From: Squalus acanthias
Lineage: Eukaryota
Length of the DNA: 64,000 nucleotides
NCBI GenBank assembly: GCA_030390025.1
Contig: CM059432.1
Location: 137,890,001-137,954,000, forward strand
Direction: 5' to 3'
The notes beneath the pieces are model-generated. The model was not told where the DNA came from and did no database searches. It saw only the letters and a list, made by a program, of their open reading frames with translations. Positions 23,123 to 35,726 of the stretch are shown one piece after another. The position numbers and the translations under genes were made by a program. Numbering within the stretch: the stretch's first letter is position 1; every line of letters starts with the position of its first letter.

Positions 23123-25397
23123 GGGGACAGTAGCATAGTGGTTATGTTACTGGACCAGTAATCCAAAGGCCTGGACTAATGATCTGCGAGACATGAGTTC
23201 AAATCCCACCATAGCAACTGGGGAATTTAAATTCAGTAAATTAAATAAATCTGGAATAACAAGCTAGTATCAGTAATGGTGTCCATGGAAACTATTGGAT
23301 TGTCGTAAAAGCCCATCTGGTTCAATAATGCCCTTTAGGGAATGAAATCTGTCCTCCTTATCTGGTAAGGGTCTGTTGATTCCTAACTCTGAAATGGCCT
23401 AGCAACCCACTTAGTATACTAAGAATAAAACGGATGGACCACCTGGCATCGACTTAGGCACCAGGCACACCAAGCCCAATCGACCCTGCAAAGTCCTCCT
23501 CACTAACATCTGGAGACTTGTGCCAAAATTAGGAGAGCTGTCCCACAGACTAGTCAAGCAACAGCCGGACATAGTCATACTCACAGAATCATACCTTTCA
23601 GCCAATGTCCCAGACTCCTCCGTCACCATCCCTGGGTCTGTGCTGGCGGCATAGTGGTATACAGTCGAGAGGAAGTGGTCCTGGGAGTTCTCAATATTGA
23701 CTCCGGACCCCATGAAGTCTCATGGCATCAGGCCAAACATGGGCAAGGAAACCTCCTGCTGATTACCACCTACTGCCCTCCCTCAGCTGATGAACCAGTA
23801 CTCCTCCATGTTGAACACCACTTGGAAGAAGTAGCAAGGGCACAGAACACACTCTGGGTGGGGGACTTCAATGACCATCACCAAGGGTAGCTCAGTAGCA
23901 CCACTACTGGCCGAGTCCTGAAGAACATAGCTACCAGACTGGGCCTGCGGCAGGTGGTTAGAGAACCAACACGAGGGAAAAACCTACTTGACACCAATCT
24001 AACTGTCGCAGATGCATCTGTCCATGACAGTATTGGTAGGAGTGACCACCGCACAGTCATTGCGGAGATGAAGTCCCGTCTTCACACTGAGGATACCCTC
24101 CATTATGTTGTGTGCCACTACCACAATGCTAAATGGGATCGATTCAGAACAGATCTAGCAGCTCAAAACTGAGCATCCACGAGGCCATCAGCAGCAGCAG
24201 AATTGTATTCCACCACAATCTATAACCTCATGGCCTGGCATATCCCTCATGCTATCATTACCATCAAGCCAGGGGACCAATCCTGTTTCAATGAGGAGTG
24301 TAGAAGAGCATACCAGGTGTACCTAAGTATGAAGTGCCAACCTGGTGAAGCTACAATAAAGGACTACATACATGGGAAACAGCATGCTATAGACAGAGCT
24401 AAATGATCCCACAACCAACTGATCAGATCAAAGCTCTGCAGTCCTGCCACATCCAGTGGTGAATGGTGGTGGACAATTCAATATCTAGCGGGAGGAGGAG
24501 GCGCCATGAACATCCCCATCCTCAATGATAGCCCAGCACCTGAGTGCAAAAGACAAGGCTGAAGCGTTTGCAACCATCTTCAGCCAGAAGTGCTGAGTGG
24601 ATGATCCATCTCGGCCTCCTCCTAAGGTCTCCACCATCACAGAAGCCAGCCTTCAGCAAATTCGATTCACTCCTCGTGATATCAAGAAACGGCTGAGCAC
24701 ACTGGATACACAAAGGCTATGGGCCCCGACAACAACCCGGCTGCCATGCTGAAAACTTGTGCTCCAGAAGTAGCCGCGCCTCTAGCCAAGCTGTTCCAGT
24801 ACAGCTACAACACTGGCATCTACCAAAATTGCCCAGGTATGTCCTGTCCACAAAAAGCAGGACATAATCTAATCCGGCCAATTACTGCCCCATCAGTCTA
24901 CTCTCAATCATCAGCAAAGTGATGGAAGGTGTCGTCGACAGTGTTATCAAGCGACATCTGCTCATCGATGCTCAGTTTGGGTTCCGGCCAGACCACTCGG
25001 CTCCTGACCTCATTACAGCCTTGGTCCAAACATAGACAAAGGAGCTGAATTCCAGAGGTGAGGTGAGAGTGACTGCCCTTGACATCAAGGCAGTATTTGA
25101 CCGAGTGTGGCATCAAGGAGCCCTAGTTAAATTGAGGTCAATGGGAAACAGGGAGAAAACTCTCTACTGGCTGGAGTCATACCGAGCACAAAGGAAGATG
25201 GTTGTGGTTGTTGGAGGTCAATCATTTCAGCCCCAGGATATCGCTGCAGGAGTTCCTCAGGGCAGTGTCCTAGGCCCAACCATCTTCAGCTGCTTCATCA
25301 ATGACCTTCCCTCCATCATAAGATCAGAAATGGGGATGTTTGCTGATGATTGCACAGTGTTCAGTTCCATTCGCAACTCCTCAGATAATGAAGCAGT
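23123..25397 (+). mobile_element. CR1-group LINE with a tRNA-like 5' head; EN+RT pseudo-ORF, 3' end missing
   Basis: A box TAGCATAGTGG (23131), B box GAGTTCAAATCC (23195), EN motifs (PDIVILTESYL, VGDFN, SDH), RT motifs ([24 protein letters not shown]). Confidence 0.85.
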
Positions 25398-25504
25398 CAG
25401 CAGAGACCGGTCAGCAGAGCATTGGAGTAAAAGGGGTAGATTCCCAAATGAGGATTTCATTAGCAGTTAGGCTAAGGTGGGCCATAGGCAGATGATGCCA
25501 TGCA

Positions 25505-25782
25505 GGTGACCAAAAGCTTGTTCAAAGAGGTAGCTTTTTAAAGAGCATCTTAAAGGAGGAGAGAGAGAGGTAGAGAGGTGGAAAGGTTTAGGGAGTGAAT
25601 TCCAGAGCTTTGGGTCTAGGCAGCTGAAGGCACGGCCACCAATGGTGGGGCGATTGACATCGGGGATGCGCAAGAGGCCAGAATTGGAGGCACGCAGAGA
25701 TCGCGGAGGGTTGTGGGGCTGGAAGAGGTTCCAGAGATAGGGAGGGGCGAGGCCGTGGAGGGATTTGCAAACAAGGATGATT
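25505..25782 (-). mobile_element. L2 3' fragment
   Basis: Reverse complement of 37520-37790; IGGRAFS..PKLWNSLP. Confidence 0.85.
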
Positions 25783-26156
25783 AGTACACTAATGCAGTCG
25801 GTTAGTAAACTGTTCTTCTAACTGTGGGAACTAGGCTAACACCCAGACAGGATAACTATCTCCACTCTGAGCCAACTGATGGAAAATGGAAAATGGATTT
25901 GGCTAGTCTCAACCCAACTGTTAGTGGCTGTGAGCCCTCAGCACAAAAATCCCATAATTTGGTAGTCGCTCACAGGAGATGCAAGAACTGCTCTTGTGGG
26001 AAATGGAAATGGTGGCTTGGTGCTGTAGGGGAATGTTTTTTTTCAGCCCAGCGTGGTCACATTGTTGAGGAAGTGAAATTGCGCTTTACTCTGCATCTGG
26101 CCTATACTTTACCTCACCTGCAAATACTTCATGCTGACACTGGGTGCCGCATAAGT

Positions 26157-28010
26157 AGAACTCAGTTGAAATATGGAAATTTGTAACTAGTGCAGCGACA
26201 TAGCATCTTGGCGCTCAAGCGCATTACAGCATTGAATGGTGGGACATGGCATCGTACCCAAGTTTATTATAATGTTCTGAGTGTCTGATGTCAGTCACCA
26301 GGCCAAAGAGTGCCCATGGAGTGGCTCTCAATCTGGTTTAAAGTTGTACCATTGCTGTTTACTGTCGGAAACGCTGGAACATTTCCTGTCAATGAAGCAT
26401 GACTTGCATTTCTATAGCGCCTTTCACAACCTCAGGACTTCAGCCAATTAAGTACTTTTGAAGTGTAGTCACTGTTGTAATGTGGGAAAAGTGGCAGCCA
26501 ATTTGCACCCAGCAAAGTCCCACAAACAGCAATGTGATAATTGTTGAATTCGCCAGCACTGAATTTCTTCACCTCGATAAGTTCTAGCACTCAGTTCCCC
26601 TCCCACAAAATTGGGAATGAACTATAAGAATGAGATTGTACGTGCCATGGACAGAATTCGTGTGTGACCACCAGGACTGAGCTTCCTTGGCACCTACTGT
26701 ATCAAAGAGATCCATAGTATTACAGGTCTAAGATCAGTTGTTACTTTAAAAACTCTTGTCTAATTCCAATGTCCTTTTGTTTTTGAGTGTCAGAAAGCAT
26801 GAGTCACTCTATTTTCCTACTACTGGTTAGCTCGATTTATATTATTCTTCATTTAATGCCATACATGCAACTGGGTACTTGAGTATCTTATTGAGAGGGC
26901 AATTCTAAGTGTTCCTCTACTTATATACATTAGGACACTATTTACCCAAGCACCATTAAACTGATTTGGCTAATAAACATGCTCTGCGTATATAATTATT
27001 TTATCATCCAGTTTCTCAGTTTCAGTGCTGAATTAATATTGTTTAATGCAGTGGATGTAATATGCCAGCATCTATCTGAATGACTCAATTTTTTAAAAGG
27101 CTGTTTCCTAAATTGTTTGGTTAAACAGTGTTCCAATCTATCTACATTCCATCAATGACACATCTAAATTGCTGTTAATGGCTAACATCTCTTAAAGGTC
27201 AGGTTGCAAAGAAGTACTGTTATGTGTAACCAATGTACGTAAGAGACCCACTATATGACCACAGGTAGGTCTACATGGTCCCTAGAGTGCTTGAACTCCT
27301 CTGTTCACCAGCTACTTTTAGAATTTTAATTGACCTTCTAATAGTTTAAATGACTATGAATTTAGCCTGGTGGAATTACTGATGCTGTTTAAAGAGAACT
27401 GGTTGAAATATGGAAAGTTTCATAACTGGTGCAGCAACGTAGCATCTTGGCGCTCAAGCACATTGCAGCATTGAATGGTGGTATCACGCCCAAGATTATT
27501 ATAAGGTGCTGAGTGTCTGATCTCAGTGATGCCACCAGGCCATAGAGACCGATGGAGTGCCCATGGAGTGGCTCTCAGTATGGTTTGAAGTTGCACCATT
27601 GCTGTTTACTGTTGGTGACTCTGGAACATTTCCTGTCACATTATTTTTTTATTCATTCATGGGATGTGGGCATCGCTGGTAAGGCCAGCATTTATTGCCC
27701 ATCCCTAATTGCCCTTGAGAAGGAGGTGGTGAGCCGCCTTTTTGAACTGCTGCAGTCCCTGTGGCGAAGGTACTCCCACAGTGCTGTTAGGTAGGGAGTT
27801 CAAGGATTTTGACCCAGCAATGATGGAGGAACGGCGATATATTTCCAAGTCAGGATGGTTAAAAAAAAACTTGCATTTATATAGCACCTTTCACGGCCTC
27901 AGGACTTCAGCCAATCAATTACTTTTGAAGTGTAGTCACTGTTGTAATGTAGGAAACATGGCAGCCAATTTGCACACAGCAAGGTCCCACAAGCAGCAAT
28001 GTGATAATGA
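26157..28010 (+). repeat. Local duplication: 26157-26540 versus 27394-28010
   Basis: ~235-bp unique block alignable by eye, followed in both copies by a SINE tail with the same deletion. Confidence 0.85.
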
Positions 28011-28290
28011 CCAGATAATTTGTTTTTAGTGATGTTGGTTAAGGGATAAATATTGGCCAGGACATCAGGGAGAATTCCCCTGCTCTTCTTTGAAATAGCG
28101 CCATGGGATCTTTTACATCCACCTGAGGGCAGACGGGACCTCAGTTTAACGTCTCATCTGGAAGAGGGCACCTCCGACAGAGCAGCAGTCCCTCAGTACT
28201 GGCACTAAATTATCAGCCTGGATTATGTGCACAAGTCTCTGGAGTGGGACTTGACCTGCTGACTCAGAGGCTAGAGCGATACCCACTGAG
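27865..28290 (-). mobile_element. Deu-SINE, near full length
   Basis: Reverse complement of the 862-1270 type. Confidence 0.85.
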
Positions 28291-28885
28291 TTAAGGCTCC
28301 CAATGGCAACCCTAGGGTGGCACAACAGGGAGGGAGACCTGAATTCAGAGTGGCCATGCCACTAAGAAAATTAGTATTTGTTAAAAAGAAGTATTTTACC
28401 CTGATCCTTGGCAATCCATGGCTAAAGATCAGATCAGCAGAAAGAAGAACATCCCAGCTTTGCACTTCTGCAGCAGAAGACTCAAATACACGTACATGGC
28501 TATCTTTGGGCTGGGGGGGAGGGGGATTTCGGAGAGTCTTAGCCCTACCAATGCTACTTCTGCCACTGGAAACAGCTGCAAAGGAGGTGATACTTGGGCT
28601 CATTTTATAAGTCTGCGCTGCTGGTGAGGAGCCCCCCTCCTACATATAAGAAAACCGGGCATGTGCTGACCATGATTTTTGGTTGGAATATCGTGAGTAG
28701 CATAGATGCATTTAAGAACATAAGAACATAAGAAATAGGAGCAGGAGTAGGCCATATGGCCCCTCGAGCCTGCTCCGCCATTCAATAAGATCATGGCTGA
28801 TCTTCAACCTCAACTCCACTTTCCTGCACGATCCCCATCCCTTGAATCCATTAGAGTCCAAAAATCTATCTATCTCAGCCTTGAA

Positions 28886-30611
28886 TACTTTGTTTCTGTC
28901 TTCAAGGAGGAAGACACAAAAATCCTCCCAGAAATACGAGAAAACCAAGGGTGTGGCGAGAATGAGGAACTTAAAGAAATTATTATTAGTAAAAAAACAG
29001 TACTAGCAAAATTAATGGGACTAAAAGTCGCTAAATCCCAAGGACCGGATGACCTACACCCTAGGGTTTTGAAAGAGGTGGCCATTGGGATAGTGGACGC
29101 ATTGGTTGTCATCTTCCAAAATTCTATAGATTCTGGAACGGTTCCTGCAGATTGGAGGATAGCAAATGTAACCCCGCTATTTAAGAAAGGAGGGAGAGGG
29201 AAAACGGGGAACTACAGACCTGCTAGCCTCACATCAGTAGTTGGGAAAATGCTGGAATCTATTATAAAAGATGCAATAACTGGGCACGTAGAAACTAATA
29301 GTAAGATTGGGCAGAGTCAACATGGATTTATGAAAGGGAAATCCTGTTTAACAAACCTATTGGAGTTCTTTGAGAATGTAACTAATGGAGTAGACAAAGG
29401 GGAACCGGTAGATGTGGTATATTTGGATTTTCAGAAGGCCTTCGATAAGGTCCCACACAAGAGGTTGGTGAACAAAGTTAGGGCACATGGAATTGGGGGT
29501 AATATACTAGCATGGATTGAGAATTGGTTAACAGACAGAAAACAAAGAGTAGGGATAAACGGGTCTTTTTCAGGATGGCAGGCTGTGACTAGTGGGGTAC
29601 CGCAAGGATTGGTGCTTGGGCCCCAGCTATTCACAATCTATATCAATGATTTGGATGAGGGGACTAAATGTAACATTTCCAAATTTGCTGATGATACAAA
29701 GCTAGGTGGCAGTGTCAGTTGTGAAGAGGCTTCAAGGGGATCGCGACAGGCTCAGTGAGTGGGCGAGAACATGGCAGATAGAATATAATGTGGATAAATG
29801 TGAAATTATCCACTTTGGTAGAATAAACAGAAAGGCAGAGTATTTCCTAAATGGTGAAAGATTGGGGAATGCAGATGCTCAAAGGGTCCTGGGTGTCCTT
29901 GTACATGAGTCACTGAAAGTGAATGTGCAGGTGCAGCAAGCCATTAGGAAGGCAAATGGTATGCTGGCCTTCATTACAAGAGGATTTGAGTACAGGAGCA
30001 AAGAAGTCTTACTCCACTTATATAGGGCATTGGTGAGACCACACCCGGAGTACTGTGTACAATTTTGGTCTCCTTACCTAAGGAAGGATATACTTGCCAT
30101 AGAGGAAGTGCAACGAAGGTTCACGAGATTGATTCCTGGGATGGCGGGACTGTCGTATGAGAAGAGATTGAGTAAACCAGGCCTGTATTCTCTTGAATTC
30201 AGAAGAATGAGAGGGGATCTCATTGAAGTATACAAAATTATTACAGGTTTTGATAGGGTGGATGCTGGGAGAATGTTTCCCTTGGCTGGGGAGTCTAGAA
30301 CCAGGGGCCACAGACTCAGGATAAAGGGTAGGCCATTCAGGACTAAGATGAGAAGAAATTTCTTCACACATAGGGTGGTGAATCTTTGGAATTCTCTACC
30401 CCAGAGGGCTGTGGAGGCTCAGTCATTGGGTATATTCAAAACAGAAGTCGATAGATTTCTGACTAGTAAGGGCATCAAGGGATATGGCGATAGGGCCGTG
30501 AATGGAGTTGAGGCAGAAGATCAGCCATGATCTTATTGAATAGCGGAGCAGGCTCGAAGGGCCGAATGGCCTACTCCTGCTCCTATTTCTTATGTTCTTC
30601 TTATGTTCTTA
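28886..30611 (+). mobile_element. 5'-truncated CR1 LINE (RT region, one frameshift near 29720)
   Basis: ORFs 28793-29758 and 29706-30530 carry CR1 RT motifs; (TTATGTTC)n tail. Confidence 0.95.
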
Positions 30612-30818
30612 TAAATATACTCAACGATTGAGCATCCACAGCCATCTGGGGTAGAGAATTCCAAAGATTCACCACCCTCTGAGTGAAGAAATTTCTCCTC
30701 ATCTCAGTCCTAAATGGCCAACCCCTTGACCTGAGACTATGCCCCCTAGTTCTAAACTCTCCAGCCAGGGAAAACAACCTCTCAGTATCTACCCTGTCAA
30801 GCCCTCTCAGAATCTTAT

Positions 30819-31545
30819 GGGGGAAAAATTGAGTCCCGCCCCCTTTGGGGCGCTAACTTCACCGGGGCGGTACTTTTCCCCGAACAAATTAGCTCCCTTG
30901 CGGCCGAAATTCATCGGTAGCGCCCCAAGAGGGAAGCGGGGTGCTACTGGAAGCGCCCCGCCTCCCTCTTGGGGCGCTGCGAGTGAATATCGCGGCACGG
31001 TACTGCAGGCCTTCCTCCCCTTCTTAAAGGGGAGGGGCCTTGCACAGCGCGACCCAGGGCCCAGCTGGGCCACCAGGGATTGGAGTGCCGGCAAAAGAGC
31101 CCGGCACTCAAGAGAATTGCTGGGATCACGGAGCGCAGCCAGCACTCCGCGGGGGGGCTGCAGAGGAGGCCGGGGACGGCAGAGGGGGCCGGTGCTGGCA
31201 GGCGACCAGCAACAAAAATGGCCGCCTGGCACCTTCCCTTTAATTAGCGCCGCCCCGGCCACAAGTAGGCCCCCCTGACCCCGTCGGACATAGCGTCCGG
31301 CGGTAAGTCATGGGGCGCTACTGAAGATCGCGGCCGGGGCGCGAGCAGGGCGCTGCGCATGGCGATAACGTCATCGCCGGCGGCGCAGCGCCATGGGGTG
31401 CTAACGGTTACCGCCACCACTAACCTCCCGCTGAATTTCATGGGAGGTGTTGGCATCTCCGTGCCCGGGTGCTAGTTTCTTTGTGCCCCGTTAACGCCCT
31501 CTTATGGCGCTAACGGGAGGCGCAAAGCAACCAAATTTTTAGGCC
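30819..31545. mobile_element. Harbinger MITE related to element 1
   Basis: TSD TAT/TAT, imperfect TIRs, GGCGCTAA/TTAGCGCC motifs. Confidence 0.8.
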
Positions 31546-31967
31546 TATATGTTTCAATGAGATCACCTCTCATTCTTCTAAACTGCAGAGAGTATAGGCC
31601 CATTCTACTCGATCTCTCCTTGTAGGACAACGCTCTCATCCCAGGAATCAATCTAATGAACCTTCATTTCACTGCCTTGTATGTATATCCTTCCGTAGAT
31701 AAGGAGACCAAAACTGTGCACAATACTCCAGGTGTGGTCTCACCAAAGCTATGTATAAGGGAGGAATGAATCGAAGGATATAATGACAGGGTTGGATGAA
31801 GTAGGGTGGCAGGAGGTTCGTGTGGAGCATAAACACGGCATGGACCAGTTTGGGCCGAATGGCCTGTTTCTGTGCTGTAAAATTCTATGTGATCATGATC
31901 AGCATGTGCCCAAATTTTCAATAAACACTGATAGTGGGTGAGGCTCCCCACCAGCAGCACAAACTTG

Positions 31968-32320
31968 TAAAACGAACATGCAAGCAATGACAGACAGGAA
32001 AAGACGTTCTGATCCATCCAGCCCGTCCAGACACAATTGTGATACCTTTTGTGTATCGCAATATATCCACACCCCACCCCACCCAAAACCCTGTGATCGC
32101 CCGGGGGATGAGAAAAAACAGATAAAAGCCCTGGCAAGTGTAGAGGTAAAAAAATCTGGGAAATTCTTCTCCAACCCCCACCTCCCACCCAGGCGATCAA
32201 AACTAGCCCAGGAGATCACTCTGGCCCCGATAATTCAATGCAGTTGTTACCTTTTATAAGAGGTGATCTTTGCCCCAGACAGAAACAGGTGCAGCTCTCG
32301 CTTGAAGGAAGTTACTCTTC
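31968..32320 (-). mobile_element. CR1 3' UTR fragment
   Basis: Homologous to 35730-36055. Confidence 0.75.
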
Positions 32321-33104
32321 CCTCAGTCTTGTTTTCTTACTTAATATTTGGTCTCCTCTTCTATTTTCAGATTGCCCCAAGCGCCTTGGAACATTTTATT
32401 ACGTTAAGGGCACTATATACATGCAAGTTGTTTTGCGGGGAAATGCAAGTGACCTAGTGCAAAGCCTTTGCCAATGCCGCCCAGTGGCCAGCCTCTGAGA
32501 CATGTGATGAAAGCTATCAGATTCACCCATTGCTCCACGTTTTCCCCCCTCTCCTCCTGGACCTCTCAAATGTAATTGTTCCCTGACACGCGCCGGAGAT
32601 CAGGAATCGCCGCATGGAGAATTTATCAACTAATGTCCGAACACTCGCAATAACATTGCTTCATCTCGCTGTCTTTGTAACTCAGTTGTTGCCAGGTTTT
32701 TGTGTTGAAAAAGGTCAGCAGTGCAGTACATTATCCAGATTGTAGCCAAAAAGCTCACCGAATAGTAGACGGCAAGTGGAGATTTAGTTTTATTAATAAC
32801 TTCATTCAATATTTAACAGGGGTGTTAGCCAAATGAAAATGAAACAGGTGAAAGAAAGCAGGGAATGAGAAAAAACCATTCAGCACATCAAGTCTGTTCC
32901 TTCCACAGACCACATACTATTATCCCGATCGCAAACTCTTTCCAACCTATTTACTATCCAAGTGAAGATTCTGCAAAGTTCCTTCCTTAAGGCAAACAAG
33001 TGAAACGCTAAACTTAAAATCTACATCATTCATCTTTTGCCTGATTACTTTGTCTGGCATGATATTCCCATTTCACCCCAGCAGCCCAGGAACCAGTGCT
33101 GTCC

Positions 33105-34293
33105 ATTTTCAAAAGGCCTTTGATAAGGTACCCCATAATAGACTGATGAACAAGGTCAGAGAATGTGGAGTCAGGGGACAAGTAGCAGAATGGATAGCTG
33201 GCTGGCTTCAGGACAGAAAGCAGAGAGTAGGGGTAAAGGGTAGCTATTCACAGTGGCAGAAGGTGGGTAGTGGTGTTCCACAAGGATCAGTGCTGGGACC
33301 ACTGCTGTTCACAATTTACAATAACGATTTAGACTTAGGAATCAAAAACACAATTTCTAAATTTGCGGATGACACCAAATTGGGGGGATAGGCAATACTG
33401 AGGAGGACTACAACAAATTACAGGAGGACATTAATAAACTTGCAGAATGGGCATATAATTGGCAAATGAAGTTCAACACAGAAAAATGTGAGGTATTACA
33501 TTTTGGTAGGAAGAATAGGGAGGTCACTTATCACTTGGAGGGTGCAAGTCTAGGTGGGGTAGAGGAGCAAAGGGATCTCGGAGTACAAATACACAAATCA
33601 CTAAAAATTGCGACACAGTTTAGCAAGGCCATAAAAAAAGCAAACCAAGCACTAGGGTTTATTTCTGGAGGGATAGAATTGAAAAGTAGGGAAGTTATGC
33701 TAAACCTTTTTTGAACCTTGGTTCGACCACACTTGGAGTACTGCGTACAGTTCTGGTCGCCATATTATAAAAAGGATACAGAGGTACTTGAGATGGTGCA
33801 GAGAAGATTTACAAGGATGATACCAGAAATGCGAGGGTATACATATCACGAAAGAATGAACAGGCTGGGTCTCTTTTCTCTTGAAAATAGAAGGCTGAGG
33901 GGTGACCCAATAGAGGTCTTTAAAATTATGAAAGGTTTTGATAGAGTGGATACAGAGAGAATGTTTCCACTTGTGGGGAAGAGCATAACTAAAGGCCATC
34001 AATATAAGATAGTCAACAAGAAATCCAATAGGGAATTCAGAAGAACCTTCTTTACCCAGAGAGTGGTGAGAATGTGGAACTCGTTACCACAGGGAGTGGT
34101 TGAAGCGAATAGTATAGATGCATTTAAGGGGAGGCTAGACAAGCATATGAGGAAAAAGGGAATAGAGGGACATGCTGATAGATTTAGATGAGGAAAGACG
34201 GGAGGAGGCTCGTGTGGAGCATAAACGCCGGCATGGACTGGTTGGACCGAATGGCCTGTTTCTGTGCCTTATATCCTATGTAATCCTATGTAA
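33105..34293 (+). mobile_element. 5'-truncated CR1, same subfamily as 6121-7430
   Basis: Near-identical translations and the same (TAATCCTATG) tail. Confidence 0.95.
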
Positions 34294-35726
34294 TTTGACC
34301 ACCTCTATCTGTGCTTTACAACCTTAATTACATTTCCATGTAACATTACAATTGCAACCGATCGAAAATCAATCATTTATTCTAGAATTCTTAGCAGAAT
34401 AGTCGTTCCAAAATGCTGCAACATTAACTTGCAATAAATGTCAAATGAATGGCTCGCTTTATCAACAAATGCAACCTTCAAATAAAATACAATGTGGAGA
34501 ATTAAACTAAAAAAAGGCATGTGTTTATACTTAGTCTAACTATTAAAACAATTAAATCATCAAACACACTTAATTAAGAACATACAGAAAGTCAAACCAT
34601 TCAACCCATTGACATTCATCCCTCTGCTACATTAACTCCTCCAACATGCCATCTGATTTGTATAATATGTGCCCAGAAATATAGCAAGTTTGTACTAGTG
34701 CTCCCTTAATGAGTTATTAGTCCAGCGATTTACTTCTGGCGAAGGGGCTGTAGACTCTTGGACGGTCCCCTGCTAAGACTGCTGGCGGTGGGGGGAGGGC
34801 GGGGGGCTTCATTGTGTCATTTTGTTTTTCTAAGGGCTGTAACGTATTAAGCTTTAATTCCCTCTGTAGATTTACTTCAAATGGGTGAATAAAATAACGC
34901 AGAAGGATAATTTATACAAACACAGGGGCAATAAAAATAGCACACAAAAATAATTAAAGACAGTGTGCAATTATTCTAAAGGTTCTCCCTATCTTAATGC
35001 TTATATCCAGAAAATGACCAAAGAATAAAATATGGTTGAAGCCTTTATGTCAGCAGAATCTTTATGACTTAAGGGTATGAAGATAATTTCAGTCTCAATA
35101 CAGCAGGGTGTGGGCCTTTGCCCCTCAGGGGCTCTGCATGGCCTCACCAGATAACGCTGGGTTAGCTAATTAAGTGTTAGTGCATTGTTCCCAGTGCACA
35201 GTGCAGGAAATGCAAAGATCAGGGATAGGATTTCCTGAGCAGCAGCTTTTAAAGGGCTGTTGCTCGCTCTTAAAACAGTTCTGCTACTTAACAGAGGTTG
35301 CAATGGCTAGAACAAGACAAGGAGGAAGAACAGCTCTGTTAAGTGAAGGAGAAAGAAAGAAAAGAAAAAAACAGAAAAGAAAGAAAGAAAGAGAGAAAGA
35401 AAGAAAGAAAGAAGACTTGCATTTGTATAGCGCCTTTCATGAGCTCAGGATATCCCAACTGCCCTGAAGATGCAAATGATCTGATCCCTGCAATTTGGGA
35501 TGGCTATGGGTCTCCCTGAATCCATGGATTTAGTGCCTGCTTCATTGCTATTCCACTGGTGCAACAGCCCAATTGAAATCATAGGCCTCAAGAGTAACAG
35601 CAGAGGAACATGCCTTGGAACTGGGAGTAATATTGGAGCAGTGTCATATGCTGCTCTGAGGACAGACGAGTGAACAGCCAATCATTGGGGTTCCAGGTGA
35701 AACTCACTGTAACATTGAAAAACTGC

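Larger units (their letters stand above)
28712..31760 (-). mobile_element. CR1 3' portion interrupted by an antiparallel CR1 and a MITE
   Basis: Pieces at 28712-28885, 30612-30818 and 31546-31760 are colinear reverse CR1. Confidence 0.85.

Noticed and set aside
25800..26150. Possible ancient LF-SINE-like repeat
   Set aside because: Only a patchy resemblance from memory; cannot be supported without alignment
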